Source of the DNA: Vermamoeba vermiformis
Taxonomy: Eukaryota
Length of the DNA: 20,000 nt
Reading direction: 5' to 3'
Assembly (NCBI GenBank): GCA_045837725.1
Contig: JBEWZL010000022.1
Span: 119,715 to 139,714 of the forward strand
The first letter of the stretch is position 1. Every line of letters begins with the position of its first letter. Below the pieces are notes generated by a model. That model was not told where the DNA came from and did not search any database. It saw only the letters and a program-made list of their open reading frames with translations. Positions 18,671 through 20,000 of this stretch are shown here, piece by piece. A program made the translations under genes and the position numbers.

Positions 18671-19747
18671 CAACAGAGCAAATCCTAGCTGCAGGTTTTG
18701 CCGAGAGCACGAACAAAGCCCGCAATTCCATCGTGTCAAATTTTCAGCAGTTTTGCACGAACAACAGTGCTCCATTTCTCCCTACGGATATCAATACTTT
18801 ATCCGCGTACATCACCTTCCTAGCTAACAAGAAGATCAAAGCTAGCACAATCCGCACGTACATCGCAGCGATCGGTACGCACCACAAATTGAATTCACTA
18901 CCCAACCCAGCAGAGAACTCTTTCCTCGTCAAGACTATGCTCAAAGGTGTCAAGCGTCTGCAAGCGTACATGCCTAGCGGCAAGCACCCACTCACGACTC
19001 GAGAACTGCTCCTCATTTACAACACGCTCAATTGGTCCAGGTCACGCGATCGCACTTTTTGGGCATGCCTGGTTATTGGGTTTTGGACTTTCCTCAGAGG
19101 CGGAAATCTCGTACCCAATGCCTCAAACAAGTTCGACGCTGATAAGCACGTGTCAGGTCGGTCGCTGATCATTGCCAAAGATCGAATTATGATTGGTTTG
19201 CGTCGCACAAAAACCATTCAATTTAACGAGAGGAAACTCATTCTACCTCTCGTCCCAGTGGCAAATTCGCCTCTATGCCCTATCTGGGCTCTTGCTCAAA
19301 TGTGGGAGCTATGTCCTCTGCAGGACCAGGGCTCTCTCTTTGCGTATGCTGACGCTAGCGGCGTCAAGCAATTGCTTCATGCGAAGCTGAACGAATGTAC
19401 GTATCGCTAGATACAGCGTAGTCAATTGGCATTGACTAAATCTTCACTTTGCAGTGATAAAACAGGCTTGCAAGCAAGCGGGCCTGAATCCTGAGCATTT
19501 CTCCGCTCACTCATTGCGGAAGGGCGGAGCAACGAGCGCTCTTCTAGCAGGTGCGGATGAAATTCTAGTGAAATCTCAGGGAGACTGGGTCTCCGACGCC
19601 TACAGGCGCTACATCTCTTTCTCAATGGAACAACGCGAACAGATTCCACGCGTCATTGCTGACGCCATGAAATCTCCCGAGTTCAACACTCGCTGCGAAA
19701 CTCTCGCGTGGTCGACCTCTCTCTCTCTCTACAACGGTTTGGGGTAA
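18661..19747 (+). CDS. Tyrosine recombinase, 2 exons (18661-19396, 19455-19747; 342 aa)
   Basis: N-terminal SAM-like region (STIRTYIAAI). Catalytic residues R (FLRGGN), K (RTKT), HxxR (HSLRKGGAT), W (GDW) and Y (AYRRY). Removing GTACGT...TTTGCAG (58 nt) fuses the two ORFs in frame. Confidence 0.92.
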
Positions 19748-19875
19748 TTCCCTTCGGGTTGGGGTCTGTAGCGTCACTCGGGTGTGCTGGCACAACACCC
19801 AGTGACTCTGAGGCTAAATAAACCACCCGTATTTACCCCCAAACCTCGTGAGAGAACGAGAGATAAGCAATATTC
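19748..19875 (+). repeat. Putative B1 segment / 3' UTR with AATAAA (19817-19822) and extensive self-complementarity
   Basis: Lies between the YR stop and A2. A second copy (B2) is predicted outside the window and was not observed. Confidence 0.55.
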
Positions 19876-20000
19876 ATGCAGCGACACTGCCGAAGGAAGT
19901 TAGCGCCGGAATATTGCACGGAAGTGAACAGCCACGTGCATGTCAAGCTGTCAACACTATTTCCTGGTAATTCTTGGCCGTCCGTTATTACCTCGCCATT
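19876..20000 (+). repeat. Split direct repeat A2 (truncated by window edge)
   Basis: Identical to 15484-15608. Confidence 0.95.

Larger units (their letters stand above)
15484..20000 (+). mobile_element. Ngaro-type tyrosine-recombinase (DIRS order) retrotransposon, extends beyond the right edge
   Basis: Overlapping gag, RT/RNase H and YR ORFs in three different frames, with no methyltransferase domain. The 5' terminal sequence recurs as a direct repeat after the 3' region, as expected for an A1-ORFs-B1-A2-B2 layout. The element is visibly more GC-rich than its flanks. Confidence 0.92.

Noticed and set aside
19748-19875. Hammerhead ribozyme in the 3' structured region
   Set aside because: No CTGANGA/GAAA core found; only general stem structure is supported.
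15484-20000. LTR retrotransposon interpretation of the direct repeats
   Set aside because: No DDE integrase or protease. A tyrosine recombinase and DIRS-type RT/RNase H are present, so split direct repeats fit better.

Overview
AT-rich, intron-dense eukaryotic DNA with short spliceosomal introns, probably from a protist (inference). Left part (1-5.4 kb): host genes. These are the 5' end of a secreted or membrane protein gene (minus), a 10-exon SLC35F6-like nucleotide-sugar transporter, a 4-exon atypical RING protein with SIM-like motifs, and an intronless 156-aa ORF of unknown function. Middle part (5.4-12.9 kb): a candidate large CMC (EnSpm/CACTA/Plavaka-like) DNA transposon. Its 16-exon transposase (about 941 aa) splices into one uninterrupted frame and keeps D-D-E. 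It has lost both halves of the CxxC/HxxxH zinc motif and carries a U1-type zinc finger, a MATH-like domain and an AT-hook at the N-terminus. It sits head-to-head with multi-exon accessory ORFs on the minus strand. Right part (15.5-20 kb): an apparently intact, young Ngaro-type tyrosine-recombinase retrotransposon (gag, RT/RNase H, YR with a spliceosomal intron, identical split direct repeats, structured 3' region). It is inserted inside the F-box-coding exon of a minus-strand gene. All gene models were spliced and translated by eye; no database searches were run.
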